A stretch of 64,000 bases of DNA from the NCBI GenBank assembly GCA_964016885.1, contig OZ024743.1, positions 352,904,001-352,968,000 on the forward strand. Reading direction: 5' to 3'. The DNA is from Eledone cirrhosa (taxonomy: Eukaryota). A program made the position numbers and the translations under genes. This document shows, one piece after another, positions 11,824-25,451 of the stretch (the stretch's first letter is position 1; every line of letters starts with the position of its first letter). Below the pieces are notes generated by a model, which was not told the origin of the DNA, ran no database searches, and saw only the letters and a list, made by a program, of their open reading frames with translations.

Positions 11824-12301
11824 ATTAAGGGTGGAAAACTGGGAGAGGGCACTTGCCCTGGTGGTCAGGGTCACTGTGGTCTTTTAACGGGCTTTCTCCA
11901 CAAATGTCCCTCGGAAGTTTCCCCCCTATTGGGTAATTTTTCTTTGTTATTTTATATCATCCTCTGTTTTTTTTAAACGCAGAAATGCCCATTTGTACCG
12001 TCCTGTATTGCCCTGTACTGTCCTTAATGTCTACTTTATGTAAACCCTTGTGGTTAATAAAGAAAACATTATTATTATTATTATTGAATGCCATGGTTGA
12101 CGGAGGCTCGGCTCTGTAAGGTATAGTAATTTTTAACCGTTAAAACAATTGTAAATTGTTTAAAACTTGAACCAAATTGTTGATAAAGACACCCTCCTCC
12201 TCGTGAGAGGGGTCTTTCTGTCCGTTATTTGGCCCTTCGGGGTTAAATAACCAGTTATTGGGGTTTTGTACCCAAAATTTCATTTTAAACAAAAAAACAG
12301 C

Positions 12302-14393
12302 ATGGCTACGAAAAAGAAATTTCATACGTCACTCCCACTCATTCCGTCTTCTTCTTCCTCAATCATCACTACAGCAGAGAGAAGATTGTCTCTCTCCCTC
12401 CCTTCTTTAAATGTCTCTCTCCCTCCCTTCTCTTTCGCAAGTGACGAAAGAAAAGAAAAGTCTCGTGCAAAGCGTGCAAGGTTTCTCCACGACAACGACG
12501 ACAGCGACGAAACAGGTGTGCGGGAAATACGAAAACCCAGTTCATTCGTCTGACGTCAGGAATAATAGCAGTAGCAGCCGTAATAACAACAGCAACAGTG
12601 ACAATGAAAACAACAGTAGCAGCCGCAACAGCATCACCAGCAGCATAAACAACAACAGCATTAGCAGCAGCAACACCAACAACAACCACAGCAACAGCGG
12701 CGGAGGCAGTAGTCGTAGTACCTGCAACAACAACAAAAGTACCAGCAGCTCTGACGACAACAACAACAGCAGAGAAAAAACCAATCTCATTTGCAGGTAT
12801 TGCGAAAAACTTGGAAACAATCCTCATAACAAATGAGGAATTAGAGGAAGCGAAGAAGATGGTGACAAAGAACGGACACCGAGCAATCTGCAAGGCAGCG
12901 GAAAATTTTTCGAAATCCAAGAGCACTGTACGGTCACGTACCGTACAGTAAGTACAAAATCCCGTAGGGTGGAAAGAGCCACAGAGGCCCAAATACAAAA
13001 AGCCTTGGGGTCTGTGTGGCAGCGGAAAACGCACATCACCCGAGGCAAGAAATATGCCACCGTAGACGTACTTTTTGCCACACCCCAGGAGGCAAAGGAC
13101 CAATCAGTAGTGACCCTAAGGAGCGAGGAAATGGTGTTGGTGCCCTCCTACTGCGGGCAAAAAATTGTGAGGGTCAAACTGACCCACGTCCCCCCCGGAA
13201 TGACCCCTTCTTAGCTGGCCGCGTCTGTCCTCGTCGGAATCGAGGACAAAACAACTGTACTGTAAGTACAGAAAAAAGTAAGAGAAGATTGGGTCGGCTC
13301 CTCCATTGAGATGCTAATCCAAACCAACCAGGAGTGCATCGAAGCTATCCCGGATGTGATAGACTTCGATAACGGCACTCAACTGCCCATAAGTGTTGAG
13401 GGCAAACGCCCGAAATGCTTTCGCTGTGGATCGAAGACTCACCTCAGGGCCTTCTGCAACGAGAAGACCCTGAGAAAGGAGAAAACCCCCCTCCTTTCGA
13501 ATCCGGCTCCACGGCTACCAGCAACAGGACAAGCGGCAACCAGGAACGATAGGCCCGTGGCACCCATACCCACTCCACGGAAATCAAAAACAGCAGCAGC
13601 AGTGGAAATATTAACAACAACAGCAATACCAAATGCAGCTGCAACAGAGACTCCAGTGCAAACATCACCAACAACAACAAGTGAAAGAGTGAAGCTGGTA
13701 CCCCTCCCCGACCTCACAGAATCAGACATGGAGTGTGAGGTGGGAGAGGGATGGCAAAAGGTCGTAAGAAGGCACAAACGCAGAAGCAGCGCATCGTCGC
13801 CTTTGAAAAGGGAGGAAAGAAATGAGAAAAGGGTAAAGTCTACTGCAAAGAGACCCACAGCAGCAACAACACCAACACCATCACCACCCACACTAGCGCC
13901 ACCATCACCACCGGCGACAACCCCACCGCCAACAACACCTTCAACACCACCACCACAAGCACCAACATCGCAAACACAACAACAAAACACACACACCCAG
14001 CAACAACGACAAGAAAATAGCAGAACCACACCCCACCCCCAGAAAAACAAATGCACGGCAATAAATACACACAACAAGAAACTAATGACTTACATAATTG
14101 AACACACAGACATTTCACAACAGGACTACATAATACCAGCACCAATCAAAACGCCAACTAACATAAGACTGCTAAAAATAGCACAGAAACAATACACAAA
14201 CATTAAAACGAAATTCCCCAACGCAGTTGGTGATTTCAGGGACCTAGGAGGAACCATCAATCGAAGAGTATACTCAGACATTCTCTTAGAAGAGCCGACG
14301 ACCAGCCGAAGGGACGATTCAACGGTCCCTTCACCAGACGATCAAGTGAAAAGGGATGTAAAAACCATCCCTCCTCTATCAAAAGTACGGTAA
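12302..14393 (+). pseudogene. ORF1 type B (CFRCGSKTHLRAFC knuckle), disrupted
   Basis: Collinear with the 575-aa open stretch of copy 4. Contains frameshifts and stops. Confidence 0.85.
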
Positions 14394-14428
14394 GTGGTCT
14401 TTCCCATCTTTTCCACTCTATTTTAAAC

Positions 14429-17400
14429 ATGACCTCACTCAGAATAGGCAGCATAAATGCGCGTGGCTTGGGGTCGTCATGGAAGCAGGGTCACCTGCTC
14501 AACGACCTCAGGTCACTAAACATAGATGTAGTGGCCATCAGCGAGACCAGAATCTCCGAAGCACGGGCCTTCGCACCGATCTTCGGCGGCTACGATGTGT
14601 ACGCATCTCCCAGCCGTCCTGGATCGGGTGGAGGAGTTGCTGTGCTTTTTCGGAGAGGTTTGGATCTCGCCATACGGGCCATCTTCCTGGACCCAGAGGG
14701 TAAGCTGGTGGTGCTGGACGTGACCAGCGGAGACGGGCAAGCTTTCAGGCTAGTGGCCGTCTATGCCCCGACAGGAGCAGGGCGGCCTGATTTCTTCCGG
14801 CGTCTGGAGACCTTTCTTGGAACGTCCCGCTCTTTAGTGTTAGTGGGCGACTGGAACGGGATCTTAGATGCACGCTGGGACTGTGTGGGATTAGCGGATA
14901 GGGGTGGAGGGTGCAAGAGCCTCACCAACCTGCTCAGGCGTTTTGAACTGTCTGACAGGTACCGATTGGATTTCCCGAATGTGCCAATGTGGACTTGGAC
15001 AAACCGCATAGGGTCATCCAGATCATATCTAGATAGAGTATTTTGTAGGGAAATAGATAGGTCTAGCATAGGCTGTCCACAATTCAAGATAGTCAGCTAC
15101 ACGGACCACAAATTCGTGATCTGTGTGCTTGACTTAGATAGGCTTCATAGACGAGGACCCGGCTACTGGAAGCTAAACGCGTCCTTACCAGCGCGCAAGG
15201 CCTACAGAGACCGGATTAGCGAACTAGTTAAGCGGGCGTTGACGGGGGCCATCGTCAACAACAAGTGGTGGTTTGCTCTGAAAAGAGCGATTAGAATAGA
15301 ATCGATTAGGTTTAGTAAGGCTTTAGCAATAGAGAAAAATAGAGCAGAGGGAGAACTAGTTAGAAAATTAGACGAGGCGCTTAGCAAAGGCATTGCGACC
15401 GACGTGCTTGCGGCGAAATTGGCCCTTGACCAATTCTTCAATGCAAAGCACGAAGGCTGCGTTGTCAGAGCAAGGGTGCGTGCTCTCAGACACGAGGGGA
15501 CGAAAGCCGTTCAATGGGCCCGAGTGGCGGAGGCGCGTCGTGGCAACAAAGCCACGATCCGGTCTTTGGTGGACCACGACGGGCGCATGCTACTCGATCC
15601 CGGGCAAATGTGTGAAGCTTTTCAGCGACACTTCGCTCAGCTGTTCGGGGGCAGCGGTGGGCTGGGTAGAGGGATGGACTTTAGTGTCTACCTCGACGGA
15701 CTGCCGCGGCTCTCGGCCACTGAGGCGAAGTGTTGCGAAAAGCCGATAACAGCCGCTGAAGTAAGGGAGGAAATGACTGGCTGCACAAGGGGTAAATCGC
15801 CTGGTTTGGATGGTCTGCCCTATGAACTTTACGTACAGATGCCAGACTTGTTCGGAGGCCTCTTGGCGGACGTCTACTGCAACTGGCAACAGAACGGGAG
15901 AATTCCCAGTTCTGTGAGCCGAGGAGCGGTGGCACTGCTGAGAAAGGATCCGAACAAGGGGGATAACATAGAAAATTTCCGGCCCATAACTCTGCTAAAC
16001 ACAGAGTTTAAGATTTTGGCCAAGGTGCTAGCAAAGAGGTTGGCGCTTGTCGTTAGTGGTCTGGTGGGAGAGGCGCAGACATGCGCCATTCCCGACAGAT
16101 CCATCCACGACAACCTCCACCTCATGCGATACATCGTAGAGAGGGTAGATAGGGAACCTGGCGCGGGTGGGTCCTTGATCAATTTAGATCAGTCGAAAGC
16201 TTTCGATAGGGTCGACCATCGTTACCTAGCGGCAGTCCTGAGGGCGGCTGGCTTTGGGCCCCTTCTTCAGAGGCTGGATCACTGCCATGCACAGCGACAT
16301 CTGCTCTGTGGTGAGAGTAAACGGTCACCTGTCGGAACCGTTCAACATCATGCGCTCGGTCCGCCAAGGATGTCCCCTCTCGTCCCTCTTGTACGTATTG
16401 ACTCTCGAGCCATTACTGCACAAACTGGAGACGTTGAGGGGAGTCCCGCGCGAACTAGGATGCGGAAGATCCGTGTCAGCATATGCGGACGATGTCACCG
16501 TAGTGGTGTCGAACGCCAAACACATCGAGGCGATCGGCACTACACTAAGAGAATACGAAGCGGTGGCAGGAGCAATGATCAACCAGGAAAAGTCAGTGGG
16601 CCTGCAGCTCGGCACCTGGAGAGGCAGGTCCATGCCGTTCAACAGCGTCGTCGGACGCTGGACGGACGGACCGGTTAAATTGCTAGGGGTCTGGTTCGGT
16701 CCGGACCTCCAGACGGACAAAAACCGGGACGAGGTGACGAGCAGGGTGGCTTCTCTCACCCAGAAATGGGCGGAGAGGAAGCTATCCCTGAACGGTCGAG
16801 CGGAGGTGGCTAACGCGTACATCGCGTCTGTCATCTGCTACCGCCTGACCGTCGTACCTTGTCCTAAGCCTCGCCTGACTGCGCTGGAGCGTTTGCTCTT
16901 TCGCTTTTTGTGGAAGGGACGTGCTCCGATGGTCAGGCGGTCCATCTGTTGTCAACACCCGCTACGTGGAGGGCTGGGCATGCCGTGGCTGATGATGCGC
17001 AGGCACGCGCTCAGGCTACGACATCTCCACCTATTCCTCGACGGTGATCAGGTGTGGTCGCCGTTTGCTAGGCGCGTATTTCCCCAGCTCGTTTCCTTGA
17101 CGGAGCTGCAGTCCTGGGTCAAGCGAAGACCGAGAGGGAGCGCCTGGAGACTGGAATGTCTTCAGGCGCTCACAGCCCTCGACCAATCGGGCAATGTGAT
17201 CGGTGGAAACTCCACCTCGGCGTTCTATAGAGGATTAGTGGAGGGTAAGAGCGACGACGTACTTGGGGAAACTCTAGGCGTCGACGAAAATCAACTAGCC
17301 AATCTCTTCGGAAGGACTTTCGGGCCGGGGCCTATGGACAACTTCCAGAAATCTCTGGCCTGGCAGTGCTACCGAGGAGCCTTGCCAGTTCGGGATAAAC

Positions 17401-17849
17401 TCTACAGGCATGGAGGTGCCGTCAGCCGGGCATGTCCGAGATGCGCGCAGGGCGACGAAACCGTCCTGCACGCACTCGTCCAGTGTCCGAGCATTGCTGA
17501 CTTGTGGGTTTATGTCGAACACCTGCTGTCACGTGTAGGACGGATCCAGCTGTCAGCTGAGTCCATCGTGAGGATTGCCCCGCCCTCCTCCTTTAGCCGG
17601 GAAGGGCAGGCAGTTTTTATCTGTCTGGTGGCCATGGCGAAAGAGATAGTATGGTGGACACGTTTGAAAGGGCTGAAGACGAGCACTTACCTCTTCGGTG
17701 ATGCTCTGATTGACTTTTTCAAATTTCATTTGAAAAGGAAAATCAGAGTAGAGAGGGAAGTGCTCTCTTCCCAGCATTTTGTTGAAAGATGGGTGAGAGA
17801 AGCAAGTATGGCCCGAATGAATGGGCCTTCTCTGAGTATGTGTCTGTAA
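14429..17849 (+). pseudogene. ORF2 APE-RT with a single frameshift near 16260
   Basis: 749-aa and 531-aa overlapping ORFs together cover APE, RT (YADD) and CCHC. Confidence 0.94.
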
Positions 17850-18096
17850 ATTAAAGGTGGAAAACTGGGAGAGGGCACTTGCCCTGGTGGTCAGGGCCAC
17901 TGTGGTCTTTTAATGGGCTTTCTCCACAAATGTCCCTTGGAAGTCTCCCCCCTATTGGGGAATTTTTCTTTGTTATTTTATTTCAACCTCTGTTTTTTTA
18001 CACGCAGAAATGCCCATTTGTACCGTCCTGTATTGTCCTGTACTGTCCTTAATGTCTACTTTATGTGAACCCTTGTGGTTAATAAAGAAAACATTA

Positions 18097-18143
<47 letters not shown>

Positions 18144-18155
18144 GTTATTATTATT

Positions 18156-19896
18156 CCTTGAATCTCAGTCATTGATGTTGGTTAACTGGTAAGTCCGTTG
18201 GAATGAATATCAAGCCATTACCTATATCCTCAGATATTCAGGACGGTTCGGAGGGTTCTTGCTGTTCCCAGCAAGCATGCCTTTTGAAGCGTTCCAAAAA
18301 GCGTGAAGGGGCCGATTTTCTTTAACCATCCCTGGAAACTTTTTGAGATAGTCCCCAGTGCGCCTATGACAATCGGGATCACTTTGACTTCATGGCAGTT
18401 CCAAATCCTTTTTACCTCCCACTTTAAGTCCTAGTATCGGTTAATTTTCTCCCTCTCCTTCTCTTGCACTCTCGTGTCGAATGGGCAGGTCACATCCACA
18501 ATCAGACACGCTCTTTTTTCTTTGTCCACAACCACCAGGTCAGGTCAATTGTGTTCCAGTTTCTTGTCCGTCTGTATCCTAAAATCCCACAGCACCTTCA
18601 CCTGATCGTTCTCCATCACCGCCTCTGGCCTATGCTCATACCATTTCTCAGAATGTGGTAAATTGTTTACTTTGCACAGGTGCCAGTGGATCACCCTGCC
18701 CATCACATCATGTCTCCAGCCCTTATAGTGGGTCTGGGCTAGGTGTTTACACTCGGATACAATGTGAGCCACAGTCTCCTCTCTCTCTCCACAGATCCTG
18801 CACAGTGGGCTAGCCTCCTCCTTGTAAATATGGTGTTTCAACCACTCCGTTTTGAGGGCCTGCTCCTGCGCAGCCATTAACATTCCTTCTGTAGCCTTTT
18901 TGAGGTCTCCTCTTCTCAACCAGTTCCATGTCTGTGGATCTCTAAATTCAGTTTTCTCAAAGAAGGTACTATGAAGGGATTTTCCCTGAAGGCTGCTCTT
19001 TCTCCTTGATGTTATTTCCTCCTTGGACATCCCCTGGCCTACTGTCCCATCCTTCAGTACAGTTCTGAGCATTGGCTCCTTACTATCAGTCAAGTATTTG
19101 TGTAGGTTGTTTTTCTCCATCTGAACACAGTCCTCTATGTTGATAAGACCTCTTCCACCTTCAGATCTTCTTAAGTAGAGTCTATCGACATCACTCCTCT
19201 TGTGGAACATGTTGTAGATAGTGATTAGCTTCCTAGTCTTCCTATCCATTTCTTTTTGTTCAGCAACATTCCATCTCAGAATTCCCGCACTGTACCTAAT
19301 AATAGAGACAGCTCGGGAATTTACTGCACTTATGGCATTCCTACTGTTCAGATGTGACTTTAATACGCTCCTTACTCTCCGAATGTATTCAGTTCTTATC
19401 AATTCCTTCATTTGTTTGTTCTTGATGTCATCATGATGTCATCTATTGTGTTCCAGTTTCTTGTCCGTCTGTATCCTAAAATCCCACAGCACCTTCACCT
19501 GATCGTTTTCTATCACCGACTCTGGCTTATGCTCATACCACTCCTCAGAATGTGGTAAATTGTTTACTTTGCATAGGTGCCAGTGGATCACCCTGCCCAT
19601 CACATCATGTCTCCAGACCTTATAGTGAGTCTGGGCTAGGTGTTTACACTCGGATACAATGTGAGCCACAGTCTCCTCTCTCTCTCTCTCCACAGATCCT
19701 GCACAGTGGGCTAGCCTCCTCCTTGTAAATATGGTGTTTCACCCACATCGTTCTGAGGGCCTGCTCTTGCGCAGCCATTAGAATTCCTTCTGTAGCCTTT
19801 TTAAGGTCTCCTCTTCTCAACCAGTTCCATGTCTGTGGATCTCTAAATTCAGTTTTCTCAAAGAAGGTACTATGAAGGGATTTTTCCTGAAGGCTG
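18156..19896 (-). mobile_element. 5'-truncated, internally duplicated R4/Dong-like element #3
   Basis: DVDRLYLRRSEGGRGL, ATEGMLMAAQEQAL, CRICGEREETVAHIVSEC, LWDFRIQTD, ACLLGTARTL. Flanked by (ATT)n on both sides. Confidence 0.9.
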
Positions 19897-19920
19897 ATTA
19901 TTATTATTATTATTATTATT

Positions 19921-22900
19921 GGCGACCTACGTAGTAAAACGTATCATCGTGAGCTCCGCAAAGGTTTGTTGTTTTCAGTTGTTTAAAATTGCCATTTATA
20001 GAAAATTTTTATTGTTGATTGTATATAAGTGCACATACATTGTTTTCTGAAAAGGACACTCAAAAAGATTGGGGCCTTGAGCCCAAATTTTAAACTTTTA
20101 TAATTATCAAAAAAAAACATTTGAAAAGTCATGGCCGACTCACAGCTGAACCCAGTAGCTGAGAGGCTTACTACAAAGTAACACCTCACACCGACACCAC
20201 CTTTGTAAATATTACTACGTTTGCCAACACTAAAAATATAAGCAGTAGCAATATTTTTAATTTGTCTCAGGCAGACATTCATTTCCTGCTATTACCAATG
20301 ACTGCAGGTGTTGAAGCCGCCACCTCCACCACCACCACAGCGACAACAGAAACAAAAGAAAAAAATAAATTATCTCGTGATATCGAAATGATTTCACCCA
20401 GAATGAACTCTTCCACACCGAACACCACTGACGCCACCACCACTACAACTGAAACTAAAATTAACAATAACAAAAATAACGATAACAACAACAGCAACAA
20501 TTAGAATAAGAAAACCACCCTGTCTTTTGCCAGAGTAGCAAAAAAGTGCGAAACATTCCAGGTAACTCAGGATGAATTAGAAGAAGCCAAATAAATGGTA
20601 AAGAAAGATGGGTACAGGGTCAGCCCCCCCCCCCCTCCCAGCCCCACCACCACCACCTAATAAAATGGAGCATCGGCGCCTATGCACCGTGTCTTATCGG
20701 ACGATTAACATAAAATCGCGCCGAGTGGAACGGGCATCCGAGTCCCAAATCCAAAAAGCTTTGGGACATGTGTGGGCAAAAAAAACCCACATCAGACGTG
20801 GGCAAAAATATGGAACCGTGGACGTGTTCTTTGAAACACCACAGGAGGGTAGAGAACACTCCATGGCCCCATTAAGAAGTGACGACTTCACACTCGTCCC
20901 AAGCTATTGTGGCCAGAGACTCGTGAAGATCAGGGTGACCCACGTTCCACCGGCCATCGAAATTCCCTGGCTAATGGTTGCCCACCTCGCCGGCATCGAA
21001 GCCATCACCAAGATAATCGAAATAGCGAAAGAAAAGCAGGAGAACTGGTCCGGATCTGGGATGGAGCTCCTGATCCAAGCGGACCAAAAAAGCATTGAGG
21101 AGATCCCAGAGGTAATAGACCTCACTGACGGCAGCCAACTCACCGTAATTGTCGAGGGCAGAAGGCCTAGGTGTGTCGTTTATGGTGAAGGAACCCACCT
21201 AAGGGCTTTCTGCCCTCAGGCTAAAAGGTTGAGGCCACCTCTCCTACTCACCCCAGTGACTCAACCATCAACACCACCAGCAGCAGAGATGGCCGCAACA
21301 ACTGTAGCAGCAACAACAGAAGCAACTGTAACAGCAAAACCCCCAGCAACAGTAGCAAAACCAACACCACCACCACCCAACGCTTAAGAACTAGCACCAG
21401 CGCCTACACCATCCACCACGCCACAACCAAAACTAACGCCTGTGGAGGATTTTCCACTCCCCGGCCTATCACATCTGGAGACAGATTGTGACGACGAGGA
21501 GTGGGAAACGGTATCAGGAAAAAAGAAAAAAAGAAACCAAAAAAGAAAAATTCTCTTCCTTCCCCCTCCAAAAACAAAATACAGAGGGATACAAATAAAC
21601 TATCAAACAAAAAAGTTAGGACAGATATGCCACCATCCACACCAGCATCACCAACCCCATCACCACAAACACCAACACCATCACCATCATTAACCCCAAC
21701 ACCACCATCACTAACACCACAAAAGTCACCAAAAAGCGAAACAGAAACAACCCACAACAAACGCAAACAAAACAAAACAACCAAAACGATACACACTACA
21801 CAGCATTAAATTTGAACAACAACCAATTATTACACTACATCCAACACAACACCAGCATCACAGAAAAAGACTACACAACAACCCAAAAGTTCAGACGAAC
21901 TCCACACATACAAATCACTCGCATCACACAGATAACGTACATGACACTAAAACAAAAATTCCCCAAAGACATCGGAGACTTCCGACAAGCACTCTCCGGG
22001 AGGATTTATAAGGACATCCTTCCTGAGAAGGCCACAAGCAGTGAAAATGGTGGAGAAACCATCCTTCATATACGAGAAGTAAGGTAAGTGGTCTTTCCCA
22101 TCTTTTCCACTCCATTTCAACATGACCTCACTCAGTATAAATGCGCGTGGATTGGGGTCGTCATGGTAGCAGGGCCACCTGCTCAACGACCTCAGGTCGC
22201 TAAACATAGATGTGGTGGCCATCAGCGAGACCAGAATCTCTGAAGCACGGGCCTTCGCAACGATCTTCGGCAGCTACGATCTGTACGCATCTCCCAGCCG
22301 TCCGGGATCGGGGAGAGGAGTTGCTGTGCTTTTTCGGAGAGGTGTAGATCTCGCCATACGGGCCATCTTCCTGGACCCAGAATATAAGTTGGTGGCGCTG
22401 GACGTGACCAGCGGAGAAGGGCAAGCTTTCAGGCTAGTGGCCGTCTATGCTCCGACAGGAGCAGGACAGCCTGATTTCTTCCAGCGTCTGGAGACCTTTC
22501 TTGGAACGTCCCGCTCTTTAGTGTTAGTGGGCGACTGGAACGGGATCTTAGATGCACGCTGGGACTGTGTGGGATTAACGGATAGGGGTGGAGGGTGCAA
22601 GAGCCTCACCAACCTGCTCAGGCGTTTTGAACTGTCTGACATGTACCGATTGGATTTCCCGAATGTGCCAATGTGGACTTGGACAAACCGCATAGGGTCA
22701 TCCAGATCATATCTAGATAGAGTATTTTGTAGGGAAATAGATAGGTCTAGCATAGGCTGTTCACAATTCAAGATAGTCAGCTACACGGACCACAAGTTCG
22801 TGATTTGTGTGCTTGACTTAGATAGGATTCATAGACGAGGACCCGGTTAATGGAAGCTAAACGCGTCCTTACAAGCGCGCAAGGCCTACAGAGACCGGAT

Positions 22901-25237
22901 TAGCGAACTAGTTAAGCGGGCGTTGACGGGGGCCATCGTCAACAACAAGTGGTGGTTTGCTCTGAAAAGATCGATTAGAATAGAGTCCATTAGGTTTAGT
23001 AAGGCTTTAGCAATAGAGAAAAATAGAGCAGAGGGAGAACTAGTTAAAAAATTAGACGAGGCGCTTAGCAAAGGCATCGCAACCGACGTACTTTCGGCGA
23101 AGTTGGCCCTTGACCAATTCTTCAATGCAAAGCACGAAGGCTGCGTTGTCAGAGCTAGGGTGCGTGCTCTCAGACACGAGGGGACGAAAGCCGTTCAATT
23201 GGCCCGAGTGGCGGAGGCGCGTCGTGGCAACAAAGCCACGATCCGGTCTTTGGTGGACCACGACGGGCGCATGCTACTCGATCCCGGGCAAATGTGTGAA
23301 GCTTTTCAGCGACACTTCGCTCAGCTGTTCGGTGGCAGCGGCGAGCCGGGTCGAGGGATGGACTTAAGTGTCTACCTCGACGGACTACCGCGGCTCTCGG
23401 CCACTGAGGCGGAGTGTTGCGAAAAGCCGATAACAGCCGCTGAAGTACGGGAGGCAATGACTGGCTGCACAAGGGGTAAATCGCCTGGTTTGGTTGGTCT
23501 GCCGTATGAACTTTACGTACAGATGCCAGACTTGTTCGGAGGCCTCTTGGCAGACGTCTACTGCAATTGGCAACAGAACGGGGGATAACATAGATAATTT
23601 CAGGCCCATAACTCTGCTAAACACAGAGTTCAAGATTTTGGCCAAGGTGCTAGCAAAGAGGTTGGCGCTTGTCGTTGGTGGTCTGGTGGGAGAGGCGCAG
23701 ACATGCGCCATTCCCGACAGATCCATCCACGACAATCTCCACCTTATGCGATACATCTTAGAGAGGGTAGCTAGGGAACCTGGCACGGGTGGGTCCTTGA
23801 TCAATTTAGATCAGTCGAAAGCTTTCGATAGGCTCGACCATCGTTACCTAGCGGCAGTCCTGAGGGCGGCTGGCTTTGGGCCCGTCTTCAGAGGCTGGAT
23901 CGCTGCCATGCACAGCGACATCTGCTCTGTGGTGCGAGTGAACGGTCACCTTTCGGAACCGTTCAACATCATGCGCTCGGTCCGCTAAGGTGACGAGCAG
24001 GGTGGCTTCTCTCACCCAGAAATGGGCGGAGAGGAAGCTATCCCTGAAAGGTCGAGCGGAGGTGGCTAACGCGTACATCGCGTCCGTCATCTACCTCCGC
24101 CTGACCGTCGTACCTTGTCCTAAGCCCCGCCTGACTGCGCTGGAGCGTTTGCTCTTTCGCTTTTTGTGGAAGGGACGCGCTCCGATGGTCAGGCGGTCCA
24201 TCTGCTGTCAACACCCGCTACGTGGAGGGCTGGGCATGCCGTGGCTCATGATGCGCAGACACGCGCTTAAGCTACAACATCTCCACCTCTTCCTCGACGG
24301 TGATCAGGTGTGGTCGCCGTTTGCTAGGCGCGTCTTTCCCCAGCTCGTCTCCGGAGCTGCAGTCCTGGGTCAAGCCTAGACCGAGAGGGAGCGCTTGGAG
24401 CCTGGAATGTCTTCAGGCGCTCACAGCCCTCGACCAATCGGGCAATGTGATCGGTGGAAACTTAACATTGGCGTTCTATAGAGGATTAGTGGAGGGGAAG
24501 AGCGACGACGTACTTGGAAGAAATCTCAGGCCGGGACCTATGGACAACTTCCAGAAATCCCTGGCCTGGCAGTGCTACCGAGGAGCTTTGCTGCACGCAC
24601 TCGTCCAGTGTCCGAGCATTGCTGACTTATGGGTTTATGTCGAACACCTGCTGTCGCGTGTAGGACGGATCCAGCTATCTGCTGAGTCCATCGTGAGGAT
24701 CGCCCCGCCCTCTTCCTTTAGCCGGGAAGGGCAGGCAGTTTTTATCTGTCTGGTGGCCATGGCGAAAGAGATAGTATGGTGGACACGTTTGAAAGGGCTG
24801 AAGACGAGCACTTACTTCTTCTGTGATGCCCTGATTAACTTTTTCATTTGAAAAGGAAAATCAGGGTAGAGAGGGAAGTGCTCTCTTTCCAGCATTTTGT
24901 TGAAAGATGGGTGAGAGAAGCAAGAATGGCCCGAGTGAATGGGCCTACTCTGAGTATGTGTCTGTAAATTAAAGGTGGAAAACTGGGAGAGGGCACTTGC
25001 CCTGGTGGTCAGGGTCACTGTAGCTTTTTAATGGGCTTTCTCCACGAATGTCCCTCGGAACTCTCCCCCGTATTGGGGAATTTTTCATTGTTATTTTTTT
25101 TGTTACATCCTCTGTTTTTGTTTTTTACACGCAGAAATGCCCATTTGTACCGTCCTGTATTGTCCTGTACTGTCCTTAATGTCTACTTTATGTAAACCCT
25201 TGTGGTTAATAAAGAAAACATTATTATTATCATTATT
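19921..25237 (+). mobile_element. Tx1-like copy 3, type A, with several internal ORF2 deletions
   Basis: Starts ggcgacctacgtag after (ATT)8 at 19897-19920. ORF1 remnant 20131-22087, ORF2 remnant 22122-24967, 18-nt ATT tail. Confidence 0.92.
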
Positions 25238-25451
25238 GAATGCCATGGTTGACGGAGGCTCGGCTCTGTAAGGTATAGTAATTTTTAACCGTTAAAACAA
25301 TTGTAAATTGTTTAAAACTTGAACCAAATTGTTGATAAAGACACCCTCCTCCTCGTGAGAGGGGTCTTTCTGTCCGTTATTTGGCCGTTCGGGGTTAAAT
25401 AACCAGTTATTGGGGTTTTGTACCCAATATTCATTTTAAACAAAAAACAAC

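Larger units (their letters stand above)
6234..12085 (+). mobile_element. Tx1-like (L1 clade) non-LTR retrotransposon copy 1, type A 5' cassette
   Basis: Starts ggcgacctacgtag. It has ORF1 with a CCHC knuckle, ORF2 APE+RT+CCHC, and a 3'UTR ending aataaagaaaac(att)6. Confidence 0.93.
12086..18155 (+). mobile_element. Tx1-like copy 2, type B 5' cassette
   Basis: Starts gaatgccatggttgacgg right after the copy 1 tail. Ends aataaagaaaac plus a ~63-bp (ATT)n tract. Confidence 0.93.
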
